Notes under the pieces: model-generated | What the model saw: the letters and a program-made list of their open reading frames with translations, nothing else | Database searches by the model: none | Told to the model about the DNA's origin: nothing | Assembly (NCBI GenBank): GCA_965208125.1 | Contig: OZ242320.1 | Coordinates: forward strand, 2,208,001 to 2,272,000 | DNA from: Candidatus Latescibacterota bacterium | Lineage (GTDB): Bacteria; Latescibacterota; UBA2968 | Length of the DNA: 64,000 bases | Reading direction: 5' to 3' | Translations under genes and position numbers: made by a program | In this document: piece by piece, positions 27,624-36,806 of the stretch | Layout of the letters: every line of letters starts with the position of its first letter | How positions within the stretch are numbered: the first letter of the stretch is position 1

Positions 27624-28686
27624 TTATTTCCAATGTCCTTTCAAGTGCCTCCAAAAAGCAATTGTTTTCTCGTTCGGTGCCGATGGATACGCGCAGCGCC
27701 CTGTCGAGCATGGGATAGGATGTGACGTTGCGGATGAGTACGCCCTGTTCGATTAATCCGGTGAAGACGGCATCAGGGTCGGCGACTTCAAAGAGGATGA
27801 GGTTGGCGTGTGATGGGTAGGGTGTGACGCCGTCTATTTGGGCGAGGGCCTGGAAGATGCGCTCGCGTTCTGAGCATATAAATGCGATGCGTTTTTGTAT
27901 GAGGTCTTTGTGGTTGAGGATGGCCATGGCCGCTGTGTGCGAGAAGATGTTGATGTCAAAGGGGATTTTGCCTTTGATGATTTCGTCGCGCAAGTCGGGA
28001 TGGGCGATGAGATATCCAATGCGGATGCCTGCGGCGCCAAATGCTTTGGAGAGGGTTTTGAGTACGATGAGGTTGGGGTGTTTGGGCAAGAGGTCTATGG
28101 CGGTCTGGCTGTAGAATTCGCCGTAGGCTTCATCGACCATGACGAGGGCGCTGGTGCTGGATAAGAGTTTGTCGAGGTCTGTGTTTGAGATGGCGCATCC
28201 CGTGGGGTTGTTGGGAGAGCAAAGGATGATGAGGCGCACGTTTTTTTGGCTGGCAGCGCGACATAAGGCCGGGATGTCGAAGCCGTAGTTTTCTGTGAGG
28301 GGAATGTCGTGGACGCGCCCGCTGAATATGTCGGTGTAGAGGCTGTAGAGGGAGAATGAGGGCGAGGGGATGACGACCTGGACACCGGGTGCGGATACGA
28401 CGCCGAGGACGAGTTGCACGAGGGTGTTCGATCCGTTGCAGACGATGAGGCCTTCGGGTTGGACGCCTGCGTGGTCGGCGAGTGCTTCGACGAGGTCCAT
28501 TTGCATGGGTTCGGGATAGCGCGACCAGGATTTGTTGCGGACGGCGCGCAAGATGTCGTCTTTCAAGCTGTCGGGTACGTCATAAGGGCTTTCGTTCTGG
28601 TTGAGCTTGATGGGACAGTCATAAGCCGTGAGATGATACCCGTGCAGGGCGCGGACTTCGGGTTTTATGTTTTGGAGATAGGTCAT
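27586..28686 (-). CDS. hisC: Histidinol-phosphate aminotransferase
   Basis: KLNQNESPY, NGSN, CSPNNPTG, VDEAY, KTLSKAFG.AGIRIGY. Confidence 0.95.
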   Translation of the reverse strand: MTYLQNIKPEVRALHGYHLTAYDCPIKLNQNESPYDVPDSLKDDILRAVRNKSWSRYPEPMQMDLVEALADHAGVQPEGLIVCNGSNTLVQLVLGVVSAPGVQVVIPSPSFSLYSLYTDIFSGRVHDIPLTENYGFDIPALCRAASQKNVRLIILCSPNNPTGCAISNTDLDKLLSSTSALVMVDEAYGEFYSQTAIDLLPKHPNLIVLKTLSKAFGAAGIRIGYLIAHPDLRDEIIKGKIPFDINIFSHTAAMAILNHKDLIQKRIAFICSERERIFQALAQIDGVTPYPSHANLILFEVADPDAVFTGLIEQGVLIRNVTSYPMLDRALRVSIGTERENNCFLEALERTLEITGDHKGSPLQKK

Positions 28687-28764
28687 ATGAATTAGGAATT
28701 AAAAATTAGGAATTAGCATTTCAACGCAGAATTTTTTGGTAAGGTCGGGAAAAGGATTTCCCTC

Positions 28765-30102
28765 CTACCATTTGTCTGCTGTTGGAGCGGCATCCTTGCC
28801 GCGATCCAGTGGTTGCTTTATCCTCTGTCTTATCGCATTCGCATGAGCATCTAAGCCCTCGGTTTCGGCCATGCTGATGATGTGGCCCGCGGTTTTTTGC
28901 AGGCGTTGTTCGGTGTATTGCAAGATGCTGATGGTTTTGGTGAAGGTGTCAACGCCAACAGATGACGCGAATCGGGCGGCGCCGGCTGTGGGCAGGATGT
29001 GGTTGGTGCCCGCATAGTAGTCGCCCACGGGTTCGGATGATGCCGCGCCGAGGAATACGGCACCGGCATGGCGAATGGATTGGAGATGTGCCCAGGGGTC
29101 GGCGACGATGAGTTCGAGGTGTTCGGGTGCGATGCGATTGGCGAGGTCAATGCCTTCGGCGAGGTCGCGGACGACGACGATTGCGCCAAAGCGGTCGAGT
29201 GCTTTTTGTATGGCTTCGCGATGTGTCAGGTCGGCGGCTTGATGGGCGATTTCGTCGGCGATTTGCGTTGCGAGGTCGGCAGAGGGTGTGATGCAGACCG
29301 CGGCTTCAAAGCCGCTGCCGTGTTCGGCCTGTGAGAGGAGGTCGGCGGCGATGTGTTTGGCGTTTGCGGTGTGGTCGGCGATGACGACGATTTCGCTGGG
29401 CCCGGCGATCATGTCGATGTCAACGGTTCCAAAGACGAGTTTTTTTGCGATTTGAACATAGGGGTTGCCGGGTCCGACGAGTTTGTCAACGCGGGGTATG
29501 GTGTCGGTGCCATAAGCGAGTGCAGCGATGGCCTGAGCACCGAAGACTTTGTAGATTGTGCGTATCCTTAGGTGATGGGCCGTGGCGAGGACGGCGGGGT
29601 GTACGGTGCCGTTTGGCTGCGGGGGCGTGGCGATGCAGAGGTGCGGGACGCCTGCGATTTGCGCGGGGATGGCGGCCATGAGCAGGGTGGAGAATAGGGG
29701 CGCACTTGCACCGGGGATGAGCAGGGCAACGCGTTCGATGGGCAGGATGCGTTTGCCGAGGATGACGCCGTCGCCGTCTTCGATAAAATAGGATGTTTGT
29801 CGCTGGGTTTCGTGAAAATTGCGGATGTTTGTCGCGGCTGCGTCTATGATTTCGATAAATTTGGGGTCGGCGTTGCGATGGGCTGCTTTGATTTCGGTTT
29901 CGGGCACGCGGATGTCGATTATGTCAATGCCGTCGTATTTTTTGGTGTACGAGAGGAGGGCGCGATCCCCCTGTTTTCTTACGGCGGTGACGATTTCTCG
30001 CACGGTTGCTTCCTGTTCGGGAGAGAAATCAGGGCTGCGCGAGAGGATGGCGTCGAGTTTTGGGGGTGTTTTGTCGCGGTTGTATGTGATGGTTTCGATC
30101 AT
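28765..30102 (-). CDS. hisD: Histidinol dehydrogenase
   Basis: GAQAIAALAYGT, VGPGN, IDMIAGPSE, DLLSQAEH, APEHLE, GDY.AGTNHILPT. Confidence 0.97.
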   Translation of the reverse strand: MIETITYNRDKTPPKLDAILSRSPDFSPEQEATVREIVTAVRKQGDRALLSYTKKYDGIDIIDIRVPETEIKAAHRNADPKFIEIIDAAATNIRNFHETQRQTSYFIEDGDGVILGKRILPIERVALLIPGASAPLFSTLLMAAIPAQIAGVPHLCIATPPQPNGTVHPAVLATAHHLRIRTIYKVFGAQAIAALAYGTDTIPRVDKLVGPGNPYVQIAKKLVFGTVDIDMIAGPSEIVVIADHTANAKHIAADLLSQAEHGSGFEAAVCITPSADLATQIADEIAHQAADLTHREAIQKALDRFGAIVVVRDLAEGIDLANRIAPEHLELIVADPWAHLQSIRHAGAVFLGAASSEPVGDYYAGTNHILPTAGAARFASSVGVDTFTKTISILQYTEQRLQKTAGHIISMAETEGLDAHANAIRQRIKQPLDRGKDAAPTADKW

Positions 30103-30115
30103 GGGATGCTGGAAT

Positions 30116-30994
30116 TCAATAGATCACTTTGTTTAAGGGATATTCGATGATGCCTTCGGCGCCCGATTTTTTGAGTTTTGGTATGAGGTCGCGCACGATG
30201 CGCTCATCGACGATGACTTCGATGGCTACCCAGTTTTCGTCGAGTAAGTTGGCGATGGTGGGGTTGTTGAGCGCGGGTAAGTTTTTGACGATTTGATTGA
30301 GGTCTGCGCGGCGTACGTTCATTTTGAGGCCGACTTTGTCTTCGGCGTTGAATGCGCCGATGAGCAAGGTGGCGATGTGTTGCGCTTTTTCGCGTTTCCA
30401 CGCATTGTTCCACGCTGTTTTGTTGGCGATGAGTCTGGGCGTGGTTTCAAACATGGTGTCTATGACGCGCAGGTTGTTGGCGCGCAGAGAGGATCCAGTT
30501 TCGGTGAGTTCGGCGATGGCATCGACGAGGCCGGGCACGCGAACTTTGGCTTCGGTGGATCCCCAGGAGTATTCGACTTCGGCGGTTATGCCCTGGTTTT
30601 TGAGGTAGTTGCGCGTGGCTGTGACGAGTTCGGTGGCGATGCGCTTGCCCTGCAGGTCCTGTACGGTCTGGATGTCCGAGTCTTCGGGGACTGCGATGAT
30701 CCAGCGCGCGGGTTGCGATGAGGTTTTGCTATAGGCAAATTCGGCGATTTCGATGATGTCGGCTTCGTTTTCGCGGATCCAGTCGATGCCGGTGAGGCCA
30801 ATGTCGAGGACGCCGCGTTCGACGTAGTGCGCGATTTCTTGGGCGCGCAGAAATAAGCCCTCGAGTTCGGGGTCGTCAATGACGGGCGTGTAGGACCGGT
30901 GGCTGGCGTGGATGCGATAACCGGCTTTGGCAAACAGGGTGAGCGTGGATTCCTGCAGGCTCCCCGAGGGAAGGCCGATTTTTAATATGGGCAT
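30116..30994 (-). CDS. hisG: ATP phosphoribosyltransferase (long form)
   Basis: GLPSGSLQ, RAQEI, GLTGIDW, WGSTE, ETGSSLRAN, C-terminal regulatory domain. Confidence 0.96.
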   Translation of the reverse strand: MPILKIGLPSGSLQESTLTLFAKAGYRIHASHRSYTPVIDDPELEGLFLRAQEIAHYVERGVLDIGLTGIDWIRENEADIIEIAEFAYSKTSSQPARWIIAVPEDSDIQTVQDLQGKRIATELVTATRNYLKNQGITAEVEYSWGSTEAKVRVPGLVDAIAELTETGSSLRANNLRVIDTMFETTPRLIANKTAWNNAWKREKAQHIATLLIGAFNAEDKVGLKMNVRRADLNQIVKNLPALNNPTIANLLDENWVAIEVIVDERIVRDLIPKLKKSGAEGIIEYPLNKVIY

Positions 30995-31034
30995 GGGGGG
31001 TCTGCTCCTGTGAATTTTATAAAGGCGAATCTCA

Positions 31035-31220
31035 TTATGGCGGTGGGATTTCCAAATCTCTACATATTTTCCGCACTAAGAATTTGTTTAGCTCTCGGTG
31101 TCTTGGCACAGTGGAAACACACCGGACTCTGCGATTAACGTATATGGTATGATTACTGCCTTCTCTGAGAAATTCACAGCCGTTCTTGTTAAGATGGCGA
31201 ATGAAATCGCGTCTTTTCAT
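31035..31220 (-). CDS. hicA: HicA-family toxin
   Basis: 61 aa: REGSNH...VPRH.EL.......IC.DL. Confidence 0.85.
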   Translation of the reverse strand: MKRRDFIRHLNKNGCEFLREGSNHTIYVNRRVRCVSTVPRHRELNKFLVRKICRDLEIPPP

Positions 31221-31435
31221 GTCTGAAAAAAAATAGGCTCACGAATCACATCTTGTATTTCCTCAATGGATTCTTCTGCGAGGATGCGGTTTGCTTCAAG
31301 CGTCATCTCAATTGCCTCTTGGATATTTACTCTGGCTTCTTCAAGCGTTTTTCCTTGCGTATTAGCACCGGGCAATTCTTCAACAAATCCAATGTATCCT
31401 TCCGGGACTTTTCTGTAAACTGCGGTTAATTTCAT
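31217..31435 (-). CDS. hicB: HicB-family antitoxin (short form, no DNA-binding domain)
   Basis: GYIGFVEELPGANTQGKTLEEARVNIQEAI; 4-bp overlap with hicA. Confidence 0.85.
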   Translation of the reverse strand: MKLTAVYRKVPEGYIGFVEELPGANTQGKTLEEARVNIQEAIEMTLEANRILAEESIEEIQDVIREPIFFQT

Positions 31436-31590
31436 GTCAAAAATCTCCTATTTTTCTTTTTCACAAATGGCACTAATTTATCTTAATCTATTAAAGATAC
31501 GATTTTTTGTTTTTTTTGGGAAATTTAATGCATATAATTATGAAAATTGAGTTGCCCCAGAAGAATTGACCTGACAACAGGAGTCTAATC

Positions 31591-32085
31591 ATGGGAAAAT
31601 CACATCTTGTCGGTTTGATTACGGATACACATGATAATAAACACGCGATTGAGAAAGCGGTTGAGCTTTTTAATGCGCGGGATGTGGGGTTGGTGCTGCA
31701 CGGGGGCGATTATATCGCGCCGTTTAATGCGCGCTGGATGGGCGATTTGACGGTGCCTTTTGTCGGGGTTTTTGGGAATAATGATGGGGAGAAGTTCGGT
31801 TTGCGAGCACTGTTTGAAGGCCTGGGACCGATTCACCGCCCGCCTTATGTACACGAGTGGGAGGGCAAGCGCATTTTGATGTTGCACGAGCCAGATGAGG
31901 TGGATGCTCTGGCACAGAGCGGTGCATACCATGTGATTTTTTACGGGCATACGCACGAGATCGATGTGCGAAGAGGCGATACGCTGGTGATTAATCCAGG
32001 GGAGGCGTGCGGGTGGACGACGGGGCGAGAGACGGTGGGGATTCTGGATCTGAATGCGATGGATGTGGAGATTGTGGATTTGTAG
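31591..32085 (+). CDS. YfcE/MJ0936-family metallophosphoesterase
   Basis: DTHD, HGGD, GNND, MLHEP, GHTH, NPGE. Confidence 0.9.
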   Translation: MGKSHLVGLITDTHDNKHAIEKAVELFNARDVGLVLHGGDYIAPFNARWMGDLTVPFVGVFGNNDGEKFGLRALFEGLGPIHRPPYVHEWEGKRILMLHEPDEVDALAQSGAYHVIFYGHTHEIDVRRGDTLVINPGEACGWTTGRETVGILDLNAMDVEIVDL

Positions 32086-32098
32086 GGGGAGGTGCAAT

Positions 32099-33913
32099 AT
32101 GAGCGCGCATATCGACGGTATTGTGGCGCTGATGCCCAGAGAGCCTGGTGTGTACATGATGAAGGGCGACGAGGGGCAGATTATTTATATCGGCAAGGCG
32201 AAGGTGTTGCGCAGCCGGGTGCAGCAGTATTTTCGTCCGAATGCCCATGATGGGCGGCGGCAGTTTCGGGCGCTCGTTCGCAATGTGCGCGATCTGGAAT
32301 ATATTGTTACGGATACGGAGTTGGAGGCGTTGATTTTAGAGGCGAATTTGATCAAGGCGCACAAGCCGCGTTACAATATCAGTTTGAAGGACGATAAGAA
32401 GTATCCGTATATCCGCATTACAAAGGAGGTGTTTCCCCGCGTTGTGGTGACGCGCGATGTGGTGAAGGATGGGTCGCGCTATCTGGGTCCTTATACGGAT
32501 GTGAAGGCGATGCGGCGGATGGTGGAGACGATGCACCGGTTGTTTCGGATCCGGAGTTGTGATTACGATTTGCCAAAGGCCAATGTGCGGCTGTGTCTGG
32601 ATTACGAGATCAAGCGGTGCGACGGGCCCTGCGAGGGGTTGATTGTGGCAGAGGCGTATCAGAAGATTGTGGCAGAGGCGGTGTTGTTTTTGACGGGGCG
32701 GCATACGCAGGTGAAGGTGACGCTTGAAGAGCGGATGAAGCGGGCGGCAGAGGCGCTGCGGTACGAGGAGGCGGCGATTTATCGGGATCGCATCCGGGCA
32801 TTGGAACAGGCTGCGAGCCGGCAAAAGGTGGTGTCTAATGAGTTGACGGATTGGGATGCGATTGCGATTGCGCGAGAAGATGATGAGGCTTGTGGGGTGG
32901 TGATGGAGGTGCGCGATGGGCGGTTGATCGGGCGACAGAATTATTTTCTCGGCGGGGTGCTGGATGCGTCTGAGGAGGAGGTGGTTTCAAAATTTGTGCA
33001 GTTGTTTTACACGACGGCTACTTTTGTGCCGCGCGAGGTGTGCTTGCCTTGTGATATCGAGGATCGGGAGACGGTGCTCGATTGGCTTACAGAGCGTTCA
33101 GAGGGCGGGGTTGAGATGCGCGTGCCCCAGCGGGGGGATAAGTTCCGGTTGATGAAGATGGCGGAGAATAATGCGCGGTTGTTGTTGACAGAGCGGCGGT
33201 TGAAGCGCGAGAATCGCAGGTCGCAAGCGCCGGCAGCGGTGCAGGCGCTTCAACGCGATTTGCATCTGGAGAAGCCGCCGCGGTGGATTGAGGCGGTGGA
33301 TATTTCAAATATTCAGGGGTCGGATCCGGTGGCGTCGCTGGTGTGTTTTGTGGATGGCAGGGCGCGGAAGCGCGAGTACCGGCATTTTAAAATTACGGGG
33401 TTGGAGGGGCCCAATGATTTTGCGATGATGCAGCAGGTGGTGACGCGGCGGTTTAAGCGGTTGATGGAGGAGGGCAAGCCTTTTCCGGATTTGCTGCTGG
33501 TTGACGGGGGTAAAGGTCAGCTTTCGAGCGTGGTTGAGGCGTTGAAAGCGTTGGGGATTGAAGATCAGCCGGTGATTGGGCTGGCGAAGCGGTTGGAGGA
33601 GGTGTTTTTGCCGGGGTTGTCCGATCCGCAGAATATTCCGAAGTCGTCTTCGTCGTTGAAGTTGTTGCAGATGTTGCGCGATGAGTCGCACCGGTTTGCG
33701 ATTGCATATCACCGCAAGTTGCGCGATAAGCGGACGCTGACGTCGGAGTTGGATGAGATTCCCGGGGTGGGTCCGTCGAGGCGCGTCGCTCTGTTGAAGC
33801 ATTTTGGTTCGGTGAAGCGGATCCGAGAAGCAGAGGTTGAAGAGGTGGCAGAGGTCGAGGGGGTAGGGCTGAGGCTGGCGGAGGTGATTTGTGAAGGGTT
33901 GAAGAAAATGTAG
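32099..33913 (+). CDS. uvrC: Excinuclease ABC subunit C
   Basis: PGVY...IIYIGKAK.LR.RV GIY-YIG domain, UVR domain, DISN, LVDGGKGQ, RDESHRFA, HhH. Confidence 0.97.
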   Translation: MSAHIDGIVALMPREPGVYMMKGDEGQIIYIGKAKVLRSRVQQYFRPNAHDGRRQFRALVRNVRDLEYIVTDTELEALILEANLIKAHKPRYNISLKDDKKYPYIRITKEVFPRVVVTRDVVKDGSRYLGPYTDVKAMRRMVETMHRLFRIRSCDYDLPKANVRLCLDYEIKRCDGPCEGLIVAEAYQKIVAEAVLFLTGRHTQVKVTLEERMKRAAEALRYEEAAIYRDRIRALEQAASRQKVVSNELTDWDAIAIAREDDEACGVVMEVRDGRLIGRQNYFLGGVLDASEEEVVSKFVQLFYTTATFVPREVCLPCDIEDRETVLDWLTERSEGGVEMRVPQRGDKFRLMKMAENNARLLLTERRLKRENRRSQAPAAVQALQRDLHLEKPPRWIEAVDISNIQGSDPVASLVCFVDGRARKREYRHFKITGLEGPNDFAMMQQVVTRRFKRLMEEGKPFPDLLLVDGGKGQLSSVVEALKALGIEDQPVIGLAKRLEEVFLPGLSDPQNIPKSSSSLKLLQMLRDESHRFAIAYHRKLRDKRTLTSELDEIPGVGPSRRVALLKHFGSVKRIREAEVEEVAEVEGVGLRLAEVICEGLKKM

Positions 33914-33935
33914 GGGCGACCCTTGTGGTCGCCCG
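33910..33935 (+). repeat. GTAG REP providing the uvrC stop codon
   Basis: GTAGGGGCGACCCTTGTGGTCGCCCG; TAG at 33911-33913. Confidence 0.85.
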
Positions 33936-33955
33936 TTTTTTGATGGTCATACACC

Positions 33956-34876
33956 ATGTCTATAAACCAGATACAAATTGCCCCTGAGTTGGAACGAGCG
34001 TTGCAGCGGTTTCTCGATTCTGTGACGCTGGAGCGCGGGTTGTCGGATAATACGGCAAGTGCATATCAACGCGATTTGTGCCGGTATTTGACGCTGTTGA
34101 CGGATTTGGGGATCGATGCGCCGGATGCGATTTCTCAGGCGGAGGTGTCCGCGCTGTTGGATTTGCTTTCGGAGATGGGGCTGGAGGCGTCGAGTGTGGC
34201 GCGCAATTTGACGGCGGTGCGGATGTTTCACAGGTTTTTGATGGGGGAGGGTCTCGCGCGCAGGGATCCGACGGAGCATTTGAAGCCGCCTAAGTTGGGG
34301 CGGAAGTTGCCGTCGGTGCTGAATATTTACGAGGTTGAGCGGTTGATGCTGGCGCCGGATGTGGAGACGCCGCTGGGGTTGCGCGATCGCGCGCTTATAG
34401 AGATGCTTTATGGGGCGGGGTTGCGGGTGTCGGAGTTGATCGGGTTGTCGCTGGTGGATTTGCTGTTTGACGTAGAGGTAATTCGGGTGCTGGGCAAGGG
34501 CGGGCGCGAGCGCGTGGTGCCGATTGGGTCAGAGGGTATTGAGTGGGTGTCTGAGTATTTGGATGCGGTGCGTCCAGGTCTGGCTAAGCCGCGTACGGGG
34601 TCCGAGGTATTTTTGAATTTTCGCGGTGGTCCGTTGTCGCGGATGGGCGTGTGGAAGTTGCTGAGGCAATACGTGGTTCTGGCGGGGTTGGAGAAGAAGG
34701 TGAGTCCGCATACGTTGCGGCATTCTTTTGCGACGCATTTGCTGGAGGGGGGCGCAGATTTGCGGGCGGTGCAAGAGATGCTGGGGCACGCGGATATTTC
34801 AACGACGCAGATTTATACCCATGTCGATCGGGAGTATTTGAAGGAGGTGCATCGGACGTTTCATCCGAGAGCTTAA
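33956..34876 (+). CDS. xerD: Tyrosine recombinase XerD
   Basis: ERGLSDNT..AY.RDL, RDRALIEMLY.AGLRVSEL, SPHTLRHSFATHLL.GGADLR.VQEMLGHADISTTQIYTHV, C-terminal FHPRA. Confidence 0.95.
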   Translation: MSINQIQIAPELERALQRFLDSVTLERGLSDNTASAYQRDLCRYLTLLTDLGIDAPDAISQAEVSALLDLLSEMGLEASSVARNLTAVRMFHRFLMGEGLARRDPTEHLKPPKLGRKLPSVLNIYEVERLMLAPDVETPLGLRDRALIEMLYGAGLRVSELIGLSLVDLLFDVEVIRVLGKGGRERVVPIGSEGIEWVSEYLDAVRPGLAKPRTGSEVFLNFRGGPLSRMGVWKLLRQYVVLAGLEKKVSPHTLRHSFATHLLEGGADLRAVQEMLGHADISTTQIYTHVDREYLKEVHRTFHPRA

Positions 34877-34886
34877 AGGCAAGGAA

Positions 34887-34939
34887 GAAGTGTGAAGTAG
34901 GAAGTGTGAAGTAGGAAGTGTGAAGTAGGAAGTGTGAAG
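34887..34939 (+). repeat. Tandem 14-bp (2x7) repeat GAAGTGTGAAGTAG
   Basis: About 3.8 copies; related heptamer runs at ~56519-56556, ~28690-28717 and ~10218-10268. Confidence 0.85.
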
Positions 34940-35075
34940 ATGAATTGATGAAAAAATAGGTGCTTTCATGGCCTCTGAAGGAGGCGTGGTTTTATATTGC
35001 GGGAGAAATATTTTACTTTATTTTTCCTTTATTCGCAGTTGTCATAGAAAAAACCATTTTACAAGGGAGGTTGTT

Positions 35076-36690
35076 ATGTTTCGAGATGTTTGTCGCGTGT
35101 TCGTGCTGGCACTGGTGGCTGGCGCGCTGTGGATTGGTGGCAATGCACAGATCACGAGTTCTTCCGCGATGGCCGCCGATGACGAGGATGCGCTCACAAA
35201 AGCTTATGTAATGAAGGCTATTGAGCGTTACCAGCGCGATGGGCGGGAAGCCACGCTCGCAACACTACAGTAGCCGAGAAAGTATCGAAGGCGAGCGGTT
35301 CATGTATATCATTGACCCGCAGCAAAGCGTCATACTGGCAAGTGGTTTATCCGCAGGCGTCGGTGCGCCCGCGCCCGCCCTCGGTCCAGTCACTCCGGAA
35401 GGCATCTGGATGGATCATCAAAGTATTCATCCCATAACCCGACAGTTAGGCCCCAAGCGCAGCTTCCTCATTCGGCACGATGATCTCGTTTTCATGGCCG
35501 GGCATTTCACGCTGCAAGAAAATCTGGCCGACGTCACCCGCAATTACATCGCCAAAGCGATCGCGCATTACGGCCGCGAGGGCCTGGAAGCGACCATCGC
35601 GTATTACAACAGCCGGGAAAGCGTGGATGGGCATTTTTATTTGTTCCTCATCGGGGCCGATGATCTCTACCTGGCACATCCCATTTTCCCGCACCTGATC
35701 GGTACGGACATCAAGGACGTGGTGGGTTCGGACGGTTACGAACTGGGGAAGGAAATCGCCAAGGCGACCGCGGAAGGCCATTGGGTGGAATACCTGTGGC
35801 CGAACCCGGTAACGCTGCAGGAAGAACACAAGGCGGCCTGGGTGGTGCGCCACGACGGGCTGATCTTCGCCTCGGGCTACTACACGTCAGACACCGAGGC
35901 CGGGTCGCCGCCCTGGCAGGGTGCCGACCCGCGGGAGTACACCGTGGCGTACGTGCAACGGGCCATTGAACGCTACAAGAGCGATGGCCTGGAGGCGATG
36001 AGGGCCTACTACAACAGCGTGGCCTCCATTGAGGGCGAGTGGTATTTGTTCGCCACCGACGCGGACGACATCTATCACGTCCACCCGCTGATTCCCAGAC
36101 TGATCGGTACGGACCTCAAGGATGTGGTGGGTTCCGATGGCTACGAACTGGGCAAGGCGCTGGTCAAGGCGGAGGAAGGCGTGGGCGTTTGGGTGGAATA
36201 CCTGTGGCCGCATCCGGTGACGCTGGTGGAGGTTCCCAAGGTGGGCTACGCCATTCGGCACGATGAGCTGCTTTTCGCTTCGGGCTATTACCCTGCCCCA
36301 GAGAGTCCCGAAGCGGGCACTAAGGCATACGTGCAGGCTGCCATAGACAAGTACAAACAGAATGGCCTGGAAGCTACAGTCGCCTACTACGGCAGCCGGG
36401 AGAGCATCGAAGGCCAATCGTCCCTGTTCATGGTTGACGAGGATGGCCGCGTCGCTGTCTTCCTCGTTGCGCCCGGAGCGGTGGGTCTCAAAATCGAGAA
36501 CATTAAGGTACCCAGCACCGGATTTGAACTTGGCAAAGAAATAGTGCGTGCGACCGAGGCAGGGCACTGGATTCACTACCAGCGGCCCAACGTGAGAACC
36601 GGCGTAATCCTGGATGCACATGCATGGGTGATTCGCTACGATGGCCTGATTTTCGGGTCGAGCTATTTTGGCGAACCGGCGGACGATTGA
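35076..36690 (+). CDS. Secreted protein with four tandem Cache-like domains (1-nt frameshift at ~35261)
   Basis: GGGAGG RBS and signal peptide; four repeats of T.AYV..AI..Y...GLEAT.AYY.S.ES...G.WVEYLWP.P......K...V.RHDGLIF.SGYY. Removing one A at 35261-35262 joins ORFs 34968..35273 and 35221..36690. Confidence 0.75.
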
Positions 36691-36728
36691 GTTGCTCATA
36701 AAGCCTTAGCAGGCGACAAAACGCCATC

Positions 36729-36762
36729 GCTCATGGCTGCGTTTGGGGGCGTAGCCATGAGC
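36729..36762. other. Strong intergenic hairpin
   Basis: GCTCATGGCTGCG-TTTGGGGG-CGTAGCCATGAGC between the Cache gene and the permease; no immediately adjacent U-tract. Confidence 0.6.
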
Positions 36763-36806
36763 AGCTTTAACCGTTTTTGCACCACGCAATATTAGAGGAT
36801 GTATTC

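Noticed and set aside
33956-34876. Tyrosine recombinase as a prophage or island integrase
   Set aside because: It has typical chromosomal XerD motifs, host-like composition and sits next to uvrC; no phage genes are present.
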